From Tubiluchus corallicola (Eukaryota; Animalia; Priapulida): a DNA stretch of 64,000 nt. Shown piece after piece: positions 26,901-59,329 of this stretch. The position numbers and the translations under genes were made by a program. Below the pieces are notes generated by a model, which saw only the letters and a program-made list of their open reading frames with translations, ran no database searches and was not told the DNA's origin. Location: positions 147,053 to 211,052 of the forward strand of contig JAQGDQ010000199.1 in the NCBI GenBank assembly GCA_030141605.1, in the 5' to 3' direction. The number at the start of each line of letters is the position of its first letter. The stretch's first letter is position 1.

Positions 26901-28791
26901 AAGTTTTACACTTGAATTCTTATCTTAAAACCTGCCTAGTTTTAGTACAACACACTGAATATCTTACAGTAGCACTGTACTTCAATTTTTGCTTTTGCAA
27001 CTACGTGCAATTTTGCAACACGCTCGTGGAATATTTTTGCTGTTGAAAATTATGTTAGTTTGTGATGTTATCAATAGTTGGGCTCGTCTGCCATTAATTA
27101 AGTTTTTAATATATTATTTAATTATCATAAACGCCTTTGCAGTATTAACTGTGTTAAAATGTATACTTTTGTCGGACTTGAAAATGCGGTAGTATATGAA
27201 AAATCATCCTGCCTTCCTTTAAAGATGTTCCTAGTTATGCATGTGAATAATGTATGTTGATTTCAATTTTGACACGTTCACGTGCCTACAACATTGGCAA
27301 TTTATGCTTAGCAATTTGCCACTTTGACGTGTGTTATTTATATTTTTAGCCTATAGTTATGCATTTGGCTTGCGTTACACTGGGCATGAGTATGGAAGAG
27401 GTGCTGATTGCTTCAACTATAAATGCCGCTGCCTCCCTGGGTAAGGCCAAAACTCACGGTTCCATAGAATGTGGCAAGAAGGCTGACCTCTTGGTCATCA
27501 ATGCGCCGAGGTAAATATTGTCCGATTAAACATTTTTACATATTTGGAAATTAGTAGATTCTGCTGTTTCTGATGTGGTATTTGCTAATTGGATAGTCGC
27601 TTGTTGCTCCGCCCATGACGGTCACGTGATCCAGAACAAAAGTGCTACTTCTCATGAACATCTAACTTTATCATTTTATGAGTAATTGTAACAATGAAGT
27701 CACTGATTGCGCAGTTGTAGCAATGAATAAAGTTTATTTTAATGGGATGCTTGACTTTTAAAGGGTAACATGATTTGTTGCTTGTCTGCGCAAGTATTTG
27801 TACATGTAAATGCTTTTGCAAGTGATTGGATTTAGAGCCTTACTTTTTCAAACACTTCACTCTTATCTATATGAAAATGTGATGAAATTTACCACCAAAT
27901 TAACAGCTATGCAGGACACCATAACTTAATTAACTAAAAGTGGACAAACGTCCATGTAAAACACTTAGACATGGTTAAAATATTTTTTTAGCCCTTCATT
28001 CGTAGGCCATTCTCAGAAAACACCTAGGCAGTGTCAGAAATAATTCTAATTAAATTTAAATAATCTTCGATTTTGGAATAAGACTTAACACTTAAAAAGT
28101 ATTGAATTTTGTCGTAGAAGCATTTAATTATGTAACACAGGAAATCTACACAGTCCTCAAATGGCTTGTATCAGCACTTGACTAATGCAGTCAAAAAACC
28201 AGGGGTAAATTTCCACCATAGGTAACTCACATTCTGATGTGATAGTTAAAAAAATAAATAGCAAAAATGCTCAAGATTGTTATAATTCGATTCCCTTGTT
28301 TCAGGTAGTAAAAGTGTGCAGCCTGATTGCAAGTGAAGACTGAAGAGAGTGATTTTGACACATTTGACATGTGTGCTTTGACACATGTGACACGTGTAGC
28401 TTGAGACATTTGACACGTGTGTTTTGACACATTTGACGTGTGCTTTGACACGTGTGTTTTGACACATTTAGCACGTGTACTTTCACACATTTGACACGTG
28501 TGCTTTCACACATTTGTCATATGCATTTTGGCACATTTGACATGTGCGTTTTGACACATTTGAAACGTGTGTTTTGACACATTTGATATGGGTATTTTCA
28601 CATATTCGAAACATGTTTTGACACATTTGACATGTGCATTTTGACACATTTGGTACGTGTTTTCTGACACATTTGATACGCATTTAGACATATTTTTCAG
28701 ATGGGAACATCTCATTTACCAGTACGGCAGCCACGCAGAGCTAATCGACAGCGTCATTATCAATGGGGACATTGTTTATTCAAAACATTAG
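14997..28791 (+). CDS. AMDHD1: Imidazolonepropionase (amidohydrolase domain-containing 1, HutI), 11 coding exons, 436 aa
   Basis: Exons (plus): 14997-15160, 15946-16052, 16879-16943, 17431-17566, 18343-18484, 19295-19412, 21966-22073, 23335-23480, 26683-26755, 27350-27510, 28701-28791. GT-AG, phase-consistent, 1311 nt. Motifs PGLIDSHTHPVWAGDRVHEF, GTTLVECKSGYGL, IDVFCEKG, NFHGEE, ISHLE, ALGTDFNPNA, GKKADL, RWEHLIYQ. Confidence 0.96.
16092..16411 (+). mobile_element. Second, 3'-truncated copy of the 5S-headed SINE, in AMDHD1 intron 2
   Basis: 5S-like head at 16092-16209 and the same body (GCGGGATGCCCACACTGTATCTCGACACTAGG...GGCAGCTCCTGCAGCCAAC). Ends in (TTTGTATGGAAC)x3. Confidence 0.88.
17993..18295. 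mobile_element. Dispersed MITE-like family with copies also at ~10275-10437 and ~22955-23272
   Basis: Shared blocks ACACTAGACAG, AATCAACTCATAGCAAC, GAGAGAAAA and GGCACYGTAA occur in three places; this copy is inverted. Confidence 0.5.
18594..18937. mobile_element. Tc1/mariner (pogo/Tigger-like) MITE
   Basis: TIRs CAGTCAACCCTCGTTAAATCGGAC / GTCCGGTTTAACGAGGGTCGACTG flanked by TA. Confidence 0.85.
19030..19260 (-). mobile_element. LINE C-terminal (zinc-knuckle) relic
   Basis: EDQRLCLFCKSNSIESELHVL matches the RxCxxC...E-x-E-x-H non-LTR C-terminal motif. Confidence 0.5.
20673..20950. repeat. (TG)n/(CA)n/(TA)n compound microsatellite
   Basis: Direct inspection. Confidence 0.95.
22268..22948. 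repeat. 50/51-bp minisatellite, ~13 copies
   Basis: Unit TTCTACCAATAGCAGCCAAACAAGAAAATCAATAATCTACTAAGAGCAACT. Confidence 0.95.
24160..25400 (-). mobile_element. RTE-type LINE 3' relic containing an internal 31-bp minisatellite (~24505-25283, ~25 copies)
   Basis: The minus strand reads RKMLGTKWPNKNSNQDLYDLTK[repeat]EEWSEV...RRIGHVTTLPQDSP...PGRRPRGG. Repeat unit TTGTTCTTTGTTAAATCATATAGATCCTGAT. Confidence 0.75.
26790..27225 (+). repeat. Dispersed repeat with a second copy at ~29440-30030
   Basis: Shared CTGGACCCAATC...CTACTCTTTAAAATATTGAA and CAGTAGCACTGTACTTCAATTTTTGCTTT...TTTGCAGTATTAA. Confidence 0.7.
28351..28690. repeat. ~23-bp degenerate tandem repeat abutting the last AMDHD1 acceptor
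   Basis: Unit TTTGACACATTTGACACGTGTGC, ~15 copies. Confidence 0.9.
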
Positions 28792-31284
28792 ATCACCAGA
28801 AAACTTTTGGCTGCCCTATCCTGTTGTAAAGTTACAACCGTAATGCTTCAGCAAAATGGATATCAATGTGTGGAGCAATTACCATCATTGGATCGTGATG
28901 ATTACTGTTGGAGTTGAACTCAGAGCCTTTGGAATTGCAGTCAGAGGGCAATAAGTAGATACAGACATTATTACTGATTTCTGGAGAAATGAGTAATTTT
29001 ACATGTGTGCTTGCAAAAAAAAGAACGCCCATAAGTTGCCACAGCTAAAACTACATTACAGTGCTTCAACGTTAGGATGCATCAGGTCGGTTTTACAAAA
29101 ACAAATAATAAATGTGTTGGATTTAATAATTCTAACATTGAATTGCAGTCTGACCATTGTAAAAATACTAAAAGTTTAATTTTTATGACCCGTTTTCCTC
29201 TCTTCTGCCTAAAGAAACTAATATATAAATTCTGAAATCACATTTTCAAACTCGAACAGTAGCTTTTAGAAGCAGCCATTTTGCTTTCCGTTTTTCTTTT
29301 CTCAAGCCCAGAACTACATCTGGAAGAGCCATCTTACCGGATTTATTTAGACATAACCTCAATATACTTTTACGAAGCCGACAGTAACCAGTCTTCTGAG
29401 CACTTGCTAAGTGTTTTTCTAAAAACTAAATAAAAAATAATGGCAAACTTTAAAGCAAAACTGGACCCAATCTTAAACTGCAGGTCAAAACAATCTACTC
29501 TTTAAAATATTGAAAGGAAACGTATGATTTTTTCAAAAATGAATTGCGTGAAAAAATTGCACACAAACACAATTTCGTATGCTCGCCACTAGTTCTTCGT
29601 TACTACATGCATTTCACCATTTGATAATTAGTCTGCATTTTGGAAACGGGTTGCACAAAAAACAGGTGTTGTACCTCTTGGTTCAGATGTGTTAGTTTGT
29701 GGCAAACTACACATGTTCAACAGCTCATCCATGTGCACAGTGGTAAATACTGCTAGAATACTGGGCAACTATACTGAATATCTTGCAGTAGCACTGTACT
29801 TCAATTTTTGCTTTCGCGAACACATGCAACACACTCATGGAATATTTTTGTTCGTGAAGTCATCAATAGTTGGCTTCGCCTGCCATTAATTAAAATTTTA
29901 ATCTATCATTTAATTAACAGAAATGCTTTTGCAGTATTAATTGTGTTAAAATGTACATGTTCTATCCGATTTGAAAATAGGGTAGTATATCAAAAATTAT
30001 GCTGTCTTCATGTAACCGAGATTTTCTCAAGAATGTTTTTCAGCACACAGTGTGCACTTCAACTTCAACGTGGATTATCTCAACTTAGAAATAACATAGA
30101 GCTGTGGGAATAACTAAAAAAACTCAATTTCACGTTTGGACGATTATGCGATGCAAGCACACATTTGGAGAATATTTCAATTTACATATTATTTTTACCA
30201 TCCATACATGTATCAGAGCTGCTTAGTTGGCATTATTCTCTTATTTGAGTAAATATTTTTTTTTTGTTAATCAACTTCATGGTCACTTTTATTCAGATAT
30301 TATAACAGTATTTTTGATACTAACCTTTATTTTTCTAGTTAAAAATATATTATTATGAATGATATAGTATTACATGCAATTTTGTGATGAAATAATGCAC
30401 AATTATGTGCACTATAAATTGTTTTGTGTCCTGGGCATACTCACTATGTACTAGATATCATATATGTGGATTGTATAATCATTTCTACAAAAATAGTTAA
30501 ATGGTGTTTAGGTGTGTAATGCTATGGTGCTATGTAGTGTGAATCTGTGATACTAATTAAATTTTATTGAAGAGAATAGAACTAGTTACTTACTTTTTAC
30601 ATTAATAAAAGTATTTTATTTTGTCATTGTTTATTTGTTTTTTACAGTTTTGCATACTGCAAATAGAATTTAGTCCTAACATAAGGACCCGTTATTAATA
30701 TTCACAACTGTTGAGAGTTGTTATGTAATAAAGGGGAAACAAATAACAAAGTTTGCCATTATGTAACAAAATGACACATTATGTAATTTTACTTCATTAC
30801 TTAATTTTTGCATCACCATTTTAAGAACAATCCTTGTACATGTATAACAAATATTGATGCATTATGTACGAATCACAAAATTTTTCATTGTGTAACAAAT
30901 TTTACATCATTTAACTGGTTGTGTGACATTGCATAACAATCATTATGTAACAAATGCAATCCAATACATAATGTGCTAACATCGTGTTGGTCGTGATACA
31001 TAGCAAGATCCTAATTGTCACAGTCTTTTTGCTGATGTACTTAGACTGGGTCAGTTAGATTCTGTTCCAAATACTGGTCTGGCACCGGTATGGTATGCAT
31101 GGTCTTTGGATGGTCAGCATGAGGTACAATTTCATGTTACTCTATTTCATGTTTGCTCAGTATCAGGTTTTTGGTTTTGTAGTACAAATGTTGCCTTTAA
31201 ACCTGTTTTATACTTGTGGAACATGAAATAGATTAATTTTCCCAATAATGCCGTGCTTCACATGACAGACTGGTGTAATGTACA

Positions 31285-32693
31285 TGATAAGCTTCGCACA
31301 CGCAGTACGTATAAGCTTTGCATCGTGTAGTACGTATAAGCTTCGCATCGTGTAGTACGTATAAGCTTTGCATCGTGTAGTACGTATAAGCTTTGCATCG
31401 TGTAGTACGTATAAGCTTTGTATCGTGTAGTACGTATAAGCTTTGCATCGTGTAGTACGTATAAGCTTTGCATCGTGTAGTACGTATAAGCTTTGCATCG
31501 TGTAGTACGTATAAGCTTTGCATCGTGTAGTACGTATAAGCTTTGCATCGTGTAGTACGTATAAGCTTTGCATCGTGTAGTACGTATAAGCTTTGCATCG
31601 TGTAGTACGTATAAGCTTTGCATCGTGTAGTACGTATAAGCTTTGCATCGTGTAGTACGTATAACTTTGCACAGAGTACGTATAAGCTTTGCATCGTGTA
31701 GTACGTATAAGCTTTGCATCGTGTAGTACGTATAAGCTTTGCATCGTGTAGTACGTATAAGCTTTGCATCGTGTAGTACGTATAAGCTTTGCACACGCAG
31801 TACGTACAAGCTTTGCATTATGTAGTACGTATAAGCTTTGCATCATGTAGTACGTATAAGCTTCGCACACACAGTACGTATAAGCTTTGCATCGTGTAGT
31901 ACGTATAAGCTTTGCATCATGTCGTACATAATAAACTTTGCATCATGTAGTACGTATAAGCTTTGCATCATGTAGTACATAATAAACTTTGCACATGTAG
32001 TACGTAATAAGCTTTGCATTCATGTAGTACGTATAAGCTTTGCATCGTGTAGTACGTATAAGCTTTACATCGTGTAGTACATAATAAACTTTGCATCATG
32101 TAGTACGTATAAGCTTTGCATCATGAAGTACATGTACATAATAAACTTTGTACATGTAGTACGTAATAAGCTTTGCATCATGTAGTACGTATAAGCTTTG
32201 TATCAGGTAGTACATAATAAGCTTTGCATCATGTAGTACGTATAAGCTTTGCATCATGTAGTACATGTACATAATAAACTTTGCACATGTAATTCGTAAT
32301 AAGCTTTGCAGCGTGTAGTACGTATAAGCTTTGCATCAGGTAGTACATAATAAACTTTGCACATGTAGTACGTAATAAGCTTTGCATCATGTAGTACATA
32401 ATAGGCTTTGCATCGTGTAGTACTTATAAGCTTTGCACATGTAATGCGTATAAGCTTTGCATCATGTAGTACGTCTAAGCTTTGCATCGAGTAATACGTA
32501 TAAGCTTTGCAACGTGTAGTACGTATATAGTATATATTATGAACGATGTAGTACATAATAAACTGCATCATGTAGTACGTATAAGCTTTGCATCATGTAG
32601 TACGTATAAGCTTTGCATCGTGTAATGCGTATAAGCTTTATATTATGTAGTACATAATAAACTTTGCATCATGTAGTACGTATAAACTTTGCA
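31285..32693. repeat. 25-bp minisatellite, ~55 copies
   Basis: Unit GTAGTACGTATAAGCTTTGCATCGT. Confidence 0.97.
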
Positions 32694-33003
32694 GCAAAAC
32701 AAAGCCGTGGCTGATCATATCGTTTAGTTTTATTTTCGAACAAACACATCAATCGCAAATAAAAAATTACATGTAATACGGTTTTCACCTTAACTTAATA
32801 CCTTTAACTGAAAATAACACGTGAAATCATTAATTGCAACCAGTTCCACTTTAATAAGATTTTTATCATAATAATAGACACTTTACAAAACCACAATAAT
32901 AAGAAAGTTTTGATTTTTGGATATCAGCAATGCTTCACCTGAACACTCTGATATCAAAGGACGCGAGCAGGATTAAACATTCGCTCTGCAAATTCACTAG
33001 AGC

Positions 33004-33208
33004 CACTTAATGATTTCATATGATTACCAGAACACTATTGTACTCTGATTTGTTAATAATGTAGCCTTGTTGAGATAAGCAGTCTTATTTTCAGATGAAA
33101 AATGCACTAAAGTCACTTAATGATTTCAAAAGATTACCAGAACATGCTATTGTACTCTGATTCATTAATAATGTAGCCTTGTTGAGATAAGCAGTTTTAT
33201 TTTCAGAT
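33004..33208. repeat. Short direct duplication (~95 bp x2)
   Basis: CACTTAATGATTTCA...GATTACCAGAAC...GAGATAAGCAGT..TATTTTCAGAT occurs twice. Confidence 0.85.
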
Positions 33209-33439
33209 ACATATTAACATAACATGGAATGGTAGCAGCTCATTCCTGAAGGACCAGTGCTGTAATAGTGGAAATTGTACCGTCGTTTAGAAATTGTGTT
33301 TCAGTCAGTGTTTTACAGAAAAGTAAACGTCGAAACAGGGAAATTAATGTTAAAAGTTGCCTGTAACTTATCTTGCGTCTGCCGTACTAGTTGAACTGGT
33401 GCTTAGAGGATAAACGCATCTGTCCGTCTGTCTGCTGAA

Positions 33440-33980
33440 TCAACGAGGCAATTCCATATCAGGAGTTTTATACCTCAAAATGGGACCTTTGACAATTTCC
33501 ATTAACGAAGTGTCATCAACAAAGAGACGTATGACACAACTAGTATTTTGGATTACATTGTCAATGAAAACTAAAAATAAAATTGGACCAAGAATGGAAC
33601 CTTGGGAGACACCAGCATTACTGAAGCCATAGTCAGAGTATTTGCCAATTAATGCAATACGCTGACAATGGTTAGACAAATAAGACTCGAACGAGTTTAG
33701 CAAATTCCCTGTTATACCGACTTGCTTTAGTTTAAACCACGATGACAGACCTTATCAAATGCTTTAGAGATGTCCAGGAAGACAACTCCTACCTCAAATC
33801 CCGCATCAAGTACCTGATAAATATTGTGCACAATATGAAGAAGCTGATAAATTTTAACATCATTTGGTTTGAGCTCAGAGCTTGTAAACATTAGTAAATA
33901 ATTATCGGCAATAAGGTAATAAACAATTCTTTCCAAGACCTTTGACAAACAAGGTAAAAGTGACACAGGCATACAATGTT
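33440..33980 (-). mobile_element. CR1/L2-clade LINE reverse transcriptase fragment (frameshifted)
   Basis: PVSLLPCLSKVLERIV, VFLDISKAFDKV, GVSQGSILGPILF, LFVDDT. Confidence 0.9.
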
Positions 33981-34677
33981 CCTTTCAAATGTCCTTCCCT
34001 TTCTTCCTTTCCTTTCTTTTCCTTTCTTCATTTAGTAATTTAATTTCCTTTAGTCTAACACTATTAAGCCCTATATCCATTGATATTTTCAGCTTCAGCA
34101 CGGCAAAATTCTGCCGTGTTTTTATTTTAGTTTTTACATATTTTTTATTCAAATTTCCTTTGATTTTTCACTTGTTCTTTATCAATAATATACCAGTTCG
34201 ATATACCAGCTCCCGTCATATTGATATTTTATCGAGGAATACCAATGAAGAATAGAGAAAATGCTTAACAGATTGCAAAGAATCAACATATGAACAAAAA
34301 AGCTGTCTGATTGGCAACTGAAATCAGATTAACTTTTATAGCAGCTATACAAAAGTCATTTTCTTTTTTTGGATTATGCAAAATTAGCGTACTTTTGAAT
34401 GCATTTCATTAAATCTTCATTTGACCTAGAGAAGCAGAAACTTCACTAATAATCCATAAAGCCTATGTTAAGAGGAATACAAATGTAATAATTGAAATAG
34501 AACTTTATTGTTTCATCTCAAGACTGTGTTTACCATGCATTTAACCTGTTGTAATACATTTATGATGATACAAATGGCGATTTAAACTAAACTTGCCAAG
34601 AGAACCATAGATCTAATCCTATTAATTGAAAGCAAAGTGATCCTATTTAAAGGAAAAACCTAAAATAGATGGGTTCT

Positions 34678-46495
<11,818 letters not shown>

Positions 46496-49368
46496 TCCAA
46501 CCTGTTAAAGTTAAAAAACAAAAAAGAAAGAAATTTAGATGTTTACCCTTTTATTTTAAACATGTCTGCTGTTCAAGAAAATTGAAAAAAATGTATTATT
46601 AGCTTTACGTGTAAATAAAATTATAATAAATGAAAAAATCACATTTTTGGTTACAGACTGTGCACATACAAATATACAAACAAGAAAGATTACAAATCTC
46701 GCGGTAATGTTGCCATTAACTCTCTCAGGATCGCACCATTGAAAAAGGGAATATCGGCTATCCAATCATGCTATTTGATTAAACATTGAATAAAATTAAA
46801 AAAACGCTGTTTCCCACACTCCAACTTAGCCTATTGAGTAGCTCAGTCTGGTGTACACTTGCTGGTCCTACACACTAATTTATTCATTGTCTGCTTGCTA
46901 CAGCCCAAACTGTGCAGTGCTTAGCTGCTATTCCTGGAAAAACCAACGTATCAGCCAATGATAAATTAAGTCGTTTCATGTTTTATAAGGAATTTCTCTT
47001 AAAAATGAGTAGACTTGGGGTCAAAGTTTATCAGATTGTTGTGTTGAAATTTTCTGCATTAGCCGAAGTCATACAAAGGTCATTGTACATTGTTACAGTG
47101 CAAACACTGTAGTTTCTAAAAAAAATTATGTTTATTCATCAAAATCTATTTTTAATTTGTCTAGCGTAAGCAAATGCATTTTGTATATAATTCAGCTCGA
47201 ATATTCAGTGTGTGTGGGGTAGAAACCTACAAAAGTTATCAAATATAACCGTAATCGTTGCTAAGTGAGAGCAGTTTTTCATGAACCCATCCAAAATGCA
47301 GCAAATCCTTACGGTCCTGAAGGAGTTAAATTTTACTATATAAAATGAGCCAGCCCAAAGTTTTCTTATGTAGCTCATTTTTCGAAATTCTAGACAGGTT
47401 GTAGTTTGTGATCCTTGCAATATTTTTTCAAATGATGTTACTCAAAGCATATTTGCCTACGAAACTTTTCACTTAAGTCCAATATCATAATTTTTGCGGA
47501 TTTTTCCACTTTTTTAGACTGTAAAATAGTAAATATGTTATTTTCGAATATGCAGGAGTATGTTTTTGGTCTACATTTTATAACTAACACCATTATATTT
47601 ATTGATCAATTACAAAGACAATTATTGCAAAACTGTTTCAATTTAGAAAAAATAATTTAAAATAGTCATTTCATGATGTGTTAAATTTTGTTTCGAATAA
47701 TGAAAGTAGAGACACAAGTGCGAGTCTGACACATTTGAAGTGAAGGCTAGAGTTATTTTACATTACAGCACTTCTGTTTGGAAATTGTGTAGCATTTTCA
47801 AGTTTAAGTACAAAATAACAAGCTAGTAAACAAGTAAAATGAGCGCACATATTAAAACTCATTATAAACCAAACTTACATTTAATTTTGCGGGCTTCCTT
47901 TTCATAGGGATAATTTAAAGTTTTTAAATCAATAAGTTTATCAGTTAGTTAAACACACAATGTTTTTGTCACTTCAAGGCTTGTGTAGTTTATGTTAATA
48001 TTAATTTTTATTACAATAATTGTAAAATAAAAGTCAGAAAACAATTATCGCGTATAATGCACCAGACTTTAACTGTAGTCTAAAGCTGATATTTTAAAAT
48101 ATAACTGAATGAATTTTCATAGTCACACGCAAATATTCATTGCTACTTATCCTTTTTTAAACCTGATAGAGCAAAAGGATTTGAACAAACATTAAATTCT
48201 AAAGATTGTTATAATTATGAAAGATTTACATGAAAACATCGATAATACATACCATACTATTGTGATAAAAGTGTTGAACGACGCCTGTAGTCATAACTTT
48301 ATAAGTCAACTGCTCGTGCAAAATGAAATTGCGTTTTTTTGTGACGTTTCCATTTGTAAACAAAGCTTGAATGCTATGAAAAAAACCTCAATTAGCTGCA
48401 GAAAGCTACAGAAATTTTCGTAATCAGCGAGACATAGAACTTTGTAAAGCGTTTGTTGAAGTTTCAAAAAAGTTGTTTTTTAAAATTTTAATTACATTCT
48501 CAAAATCGTGAAGACTTTCAACAAAAATATTTTTATCTCTGCAACTAGTGTGGTATAAAGTCTTGTTATTAGCACAATGTTAACTCAAGTTTTGTATTGC
48601 GTTAAACTTTTTTCACAAATATACAAATAATAAAGTTAAAAAACTAAACAATGATAAATGCTGTTCATATTTGGAATTGTTGTATGATAGTAACAATAAG
48701 GCGAGGTGGTTATCTTATAATTTGCTACATACTAATTTTGCACAATTCATATGGCACTCATTCATATACGATTATACGTTACTCTTATTTATTTTGTCTG
48801 GATTTGTAGAACTAGCTGTCACCCTTGCCAACACAACTGAACAGCAGGAAAACAATATCATGCCAAACTGTTCCCAGTATGATGAATAAAAAATTCTAAA
48901 TTGCAGTGAAACTGTAAAACCGAGAATATGGCAATAAGAGAACTGACACCACTGCAATGGTTGAAATAGCATCTTTTGTTCTGGCTGGTAAAAATTTCAA
49001 AGTGTTTTTTCGGTTTAAATTTTAATAAAATAACACGGTAGCAGACACAAATGAAAATGAAGTTATAACAAACGCAAGTACCATTCAGTTTTCTCAAATC
49101 TCTCAATTTTGTATTATTTTAACAAAAAATAAATAAAATAACAAAAAAGCTGGCAAAAAAGAATTAAATAACGAAAATAAGCTAAAATTACATCAAACTT
49201 TATTTTCATTTGTAGTCTGATGATTGTCATTTTATCAACGTGAAATTTAACTAACCAGAATAAAATATCCTATTTTCAACCATAAATGCGTTGTTAGTTT
49301 TGTTATTGAGCTGGAACTTCTCCACTTTTAAATTTATCGAGAAAATGTACTTTCGAAATTTGACTTAC

Positions 49369-49445
49369 CGATATCACGTCTAGCTGTCAATTTTTCCCCC
49401 TGACACTTGAGGGCACTTCACTAGCAGCAATGTTATTATACTGAC
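49369..49445 (-). other. Possible non-coding first exon of the pentraxin mosaic gene
   Basis: Strong donor CG|gtaagt at 49369/49368 and a TCAGT initiator-like motif ~75 nt upstream. An acceptor (ttaacag) lies 6 nt before the ATG at 46495. Confidence 0.3.
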
Positions 49446-49734
49446 GAGTAAGATTTTATTTCGAATGTACATGAAAAATTATTTGAATTATTAATTAGAA
49501 TATTTCACATGTAGGTGGATCAAATAAAAGCCACATAGACAAAAAGTCTAAAGGTAGCTTGCTAATTTCTAAGCTTTATTGTGCTCGCAGAAAACTTCCT
49601 TGGTAACGTCATGCAGTAAGAGAATAAAAGAAGAAAACCCAACAAAAGATTGAGCTGACAACATCGTCAATTGAATGGCATATTTAATTTGTTTGAGAAG
49701 GAGGTAGAATGAAGAGACATATAGACAAACAAAG

Positions 49735-49772
49735 AGAGAGAGGGAGAGACAGAGATAGACAGAGAGAAAGAA

Positions 49773-49807
<35 letters not shown>

Positions 49808-49814
49808 AGGAGGG

Positions 49815-49909
<95 letters not shown>
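49735..49909. repeat. (GA)n microsatellite
   Basis: Direct inspection. Similar tracts at 43802-43869, 60484-60513 and 61731-61925. Confidence 0.95.
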
Positions 49910-49913
<4 letters not shown>

Positions 49914-50349
49914 GAATGCGTGTCGCTTCACTTCATTTTAAGTTCAGAATTGCGCGAAAGGAGAAATTGCGCATTTTTTGGCGGTGATGAAAAATGGCAG
50001 ACAGAGAGGATTTATCGTGCGGAGGTTATTGCAGAATGTATAGTATTTAGTCGATTTTCCCAGCCGAACAAGATCAGTGCGGTGGAAAAAGGTTAAACTG
50101 CTGTGTTAACTATTAATTTACACAAATTATGCTTATTCTTTGCTAATTTTCTAGTGAAATTATCTACAAAAATTGTAATACTTGAATTTCTTACTACATT
50201 ACAGTTTTACGAGCACAACTGCAAGTGTTTGCTCGAAATTCTCTGTAAAACTCCCCCGATAAACTATCTGCATTAGCAAGCCAATTTACAACATTATTCA
50301 AATATTATTTTTAAGTTTAATTTTACCATAATAAAAAAGCTTGCATACC

Positions 50350-50732
50350 CTTTGAACTGATTGTCATTAATTCGTTTTCTTCTGCTATCCTGTCTTGAAC
50401 TGTTTGACATTGCGTTTTTTCTGCTATTTTGTCTTGAACTGATTGACATTAATTAGGTCTTTTGCTATTATTCTGTCTTGAACTGTTTGACATTAAAATT
50501 GTTTTTTTCTGCTATTCTGTCTTGAACTGTTTGACATTAGTATTGTTTTTCTGCTACACTGTCTTGAACTGCTTGACATTAATTGTGTTTTTTCTGCTGT
50601 TCTGTCTTGAACTGTTTGACATTAATTAGGTTTTTTCCGCTATTCTGTCTTGAACTGCTTGACATTAATTGGATTTTTTCTGATATATGTCTTGAACTGA
50701 TTCACATTAGTTAGTTTTTCTGCTATTCTGTT
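50350..50732. repeat. ~42-bp tandem repeat, ~9 copies
   Basis: Unit ~TTCTGCTATTCTGTCTTGAACTGTTTGACATTAATTGTTTTT. Confidence 0.9.
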
Positions 50733-51083
50733 TTGCCGTCTACAGCAAAGGCCTGCTATAAGTATAACGTTTATACATGGTACTTACTGATCTGGACACA
50801 TAGGCTAGCATGAGTTCACTGAACCGTCACAGACTTCTTATTTTTCTTTTTTCTTTCGTACAAAAATTCACAACAAATGATTTATTAATTGATTTCCAAA
50901 ATCGACCTTGTTGTTCTTAATATACTTATGTACATTATATAGTAAATTTTAACTTCATAACTTTTTGTTTTACGTATCGAAAGTAGGAACCAATTACTTT
51001 AGCTAAGAAACTAGTCAATCACGCCATCAGTATATTTACATGTACATACAATAAATACATAAAAATGAGATGTGGTGTATGGG

Positions 51084-51646
51084 CAGGCTGCATAAGATTA
51101 TGGATATCCATAAAATAAGACCAAAAATCCATAAAATAAAATTTGAAAAATCCATAAAATAAGAAATGCATAAAATAAAAAAATATTTTTTTGTGATTTT
51201 TTGTACAAAGTAACGAGTTTTAAGCATTGGCAACACTGAAAACGAACGTTAGAAGGAGAGAAAGAGAAAGAAAACAAACCAACAAAAGCGCATTTCCGGA
51301 TTTGCTATTTTACATTGTTTTTTGTTATCAAGATGGCGAAGTTTCAACCAAAGCATGAGCTGGAGTTCGGTCTGAAACTAACTGAGAGAGACCCAGCCAT
51401 TGTGTCGTAAAATTTGATTAAATTTGAAGTGATATGATATGATATAAAATTAAAACCAAGTCCTGCGTGTTTAAAAACACGTTTCAAGCACTCCTGTTTT
51501 TACTTTTTAATTGATTTCCCCCTGGGCATCTCGTTCCAGATATAGTCTATTTCTTATTTTATTGATATCCATAAAATAAAATTTCAAAATCCATAAAATA
51601 AGCTATTTTATTTATTTTATACATATCCATAATCTTATGCACCCTG
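51084..51646. mobile_element. MITE with CAGG-type TIRs
   Basis: CAGGCTGCATAAGATTATGGATAT / ATATCCATAATCTTATGCACCCTG; internal TCCATAAAATAA repeats. Confidence 0.7.
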
Positions 51647-51799
51647 TACAGTATGGACCATTTTTAGAAGTAAAAAGAGTAAAGTTTAGATATTAAGAGC
51701 TGCTTATTTGCTGCTAGGTATTTATTTCGCCACTGCAAATACAAACAAACATACACAAAGTTAGCAAAACAAATGTTTCATGTAATAATAGCTAAATTT

Positions 51800-59145
<7,346 letters not shown>

Positions 59146-59329
59146 CTTTGCGTCTCATTTAAATAACATTAAATTACAGTTTGCATCCTGAGACACTTAA
59201 ATTAAAGTAATTGTTAGAATGGTTAACCAAACTAGATACAAATATCCTACATTGCATTGTTTCAAGAGATGGAACTCATTGTTGCATTTCCGTTTTCGAC
59301 GTTTCTGAGAATTTTTTATTATTTACTTC

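Noticed and set aside
31208-32571. Repetitive 105-220 aa ORFs, or a CRISPR-like array
   Set aside because: Head-to-tail 25-bp satellite with no unique spacers; eukaryotic context; no cas genes.
48772-48972. Hydrophobic ORF as the signal-peptide exon of the pentraxin gene
   Set aside because: A better signal peptide with the matching phase-2 junction exists at 46495-46344.
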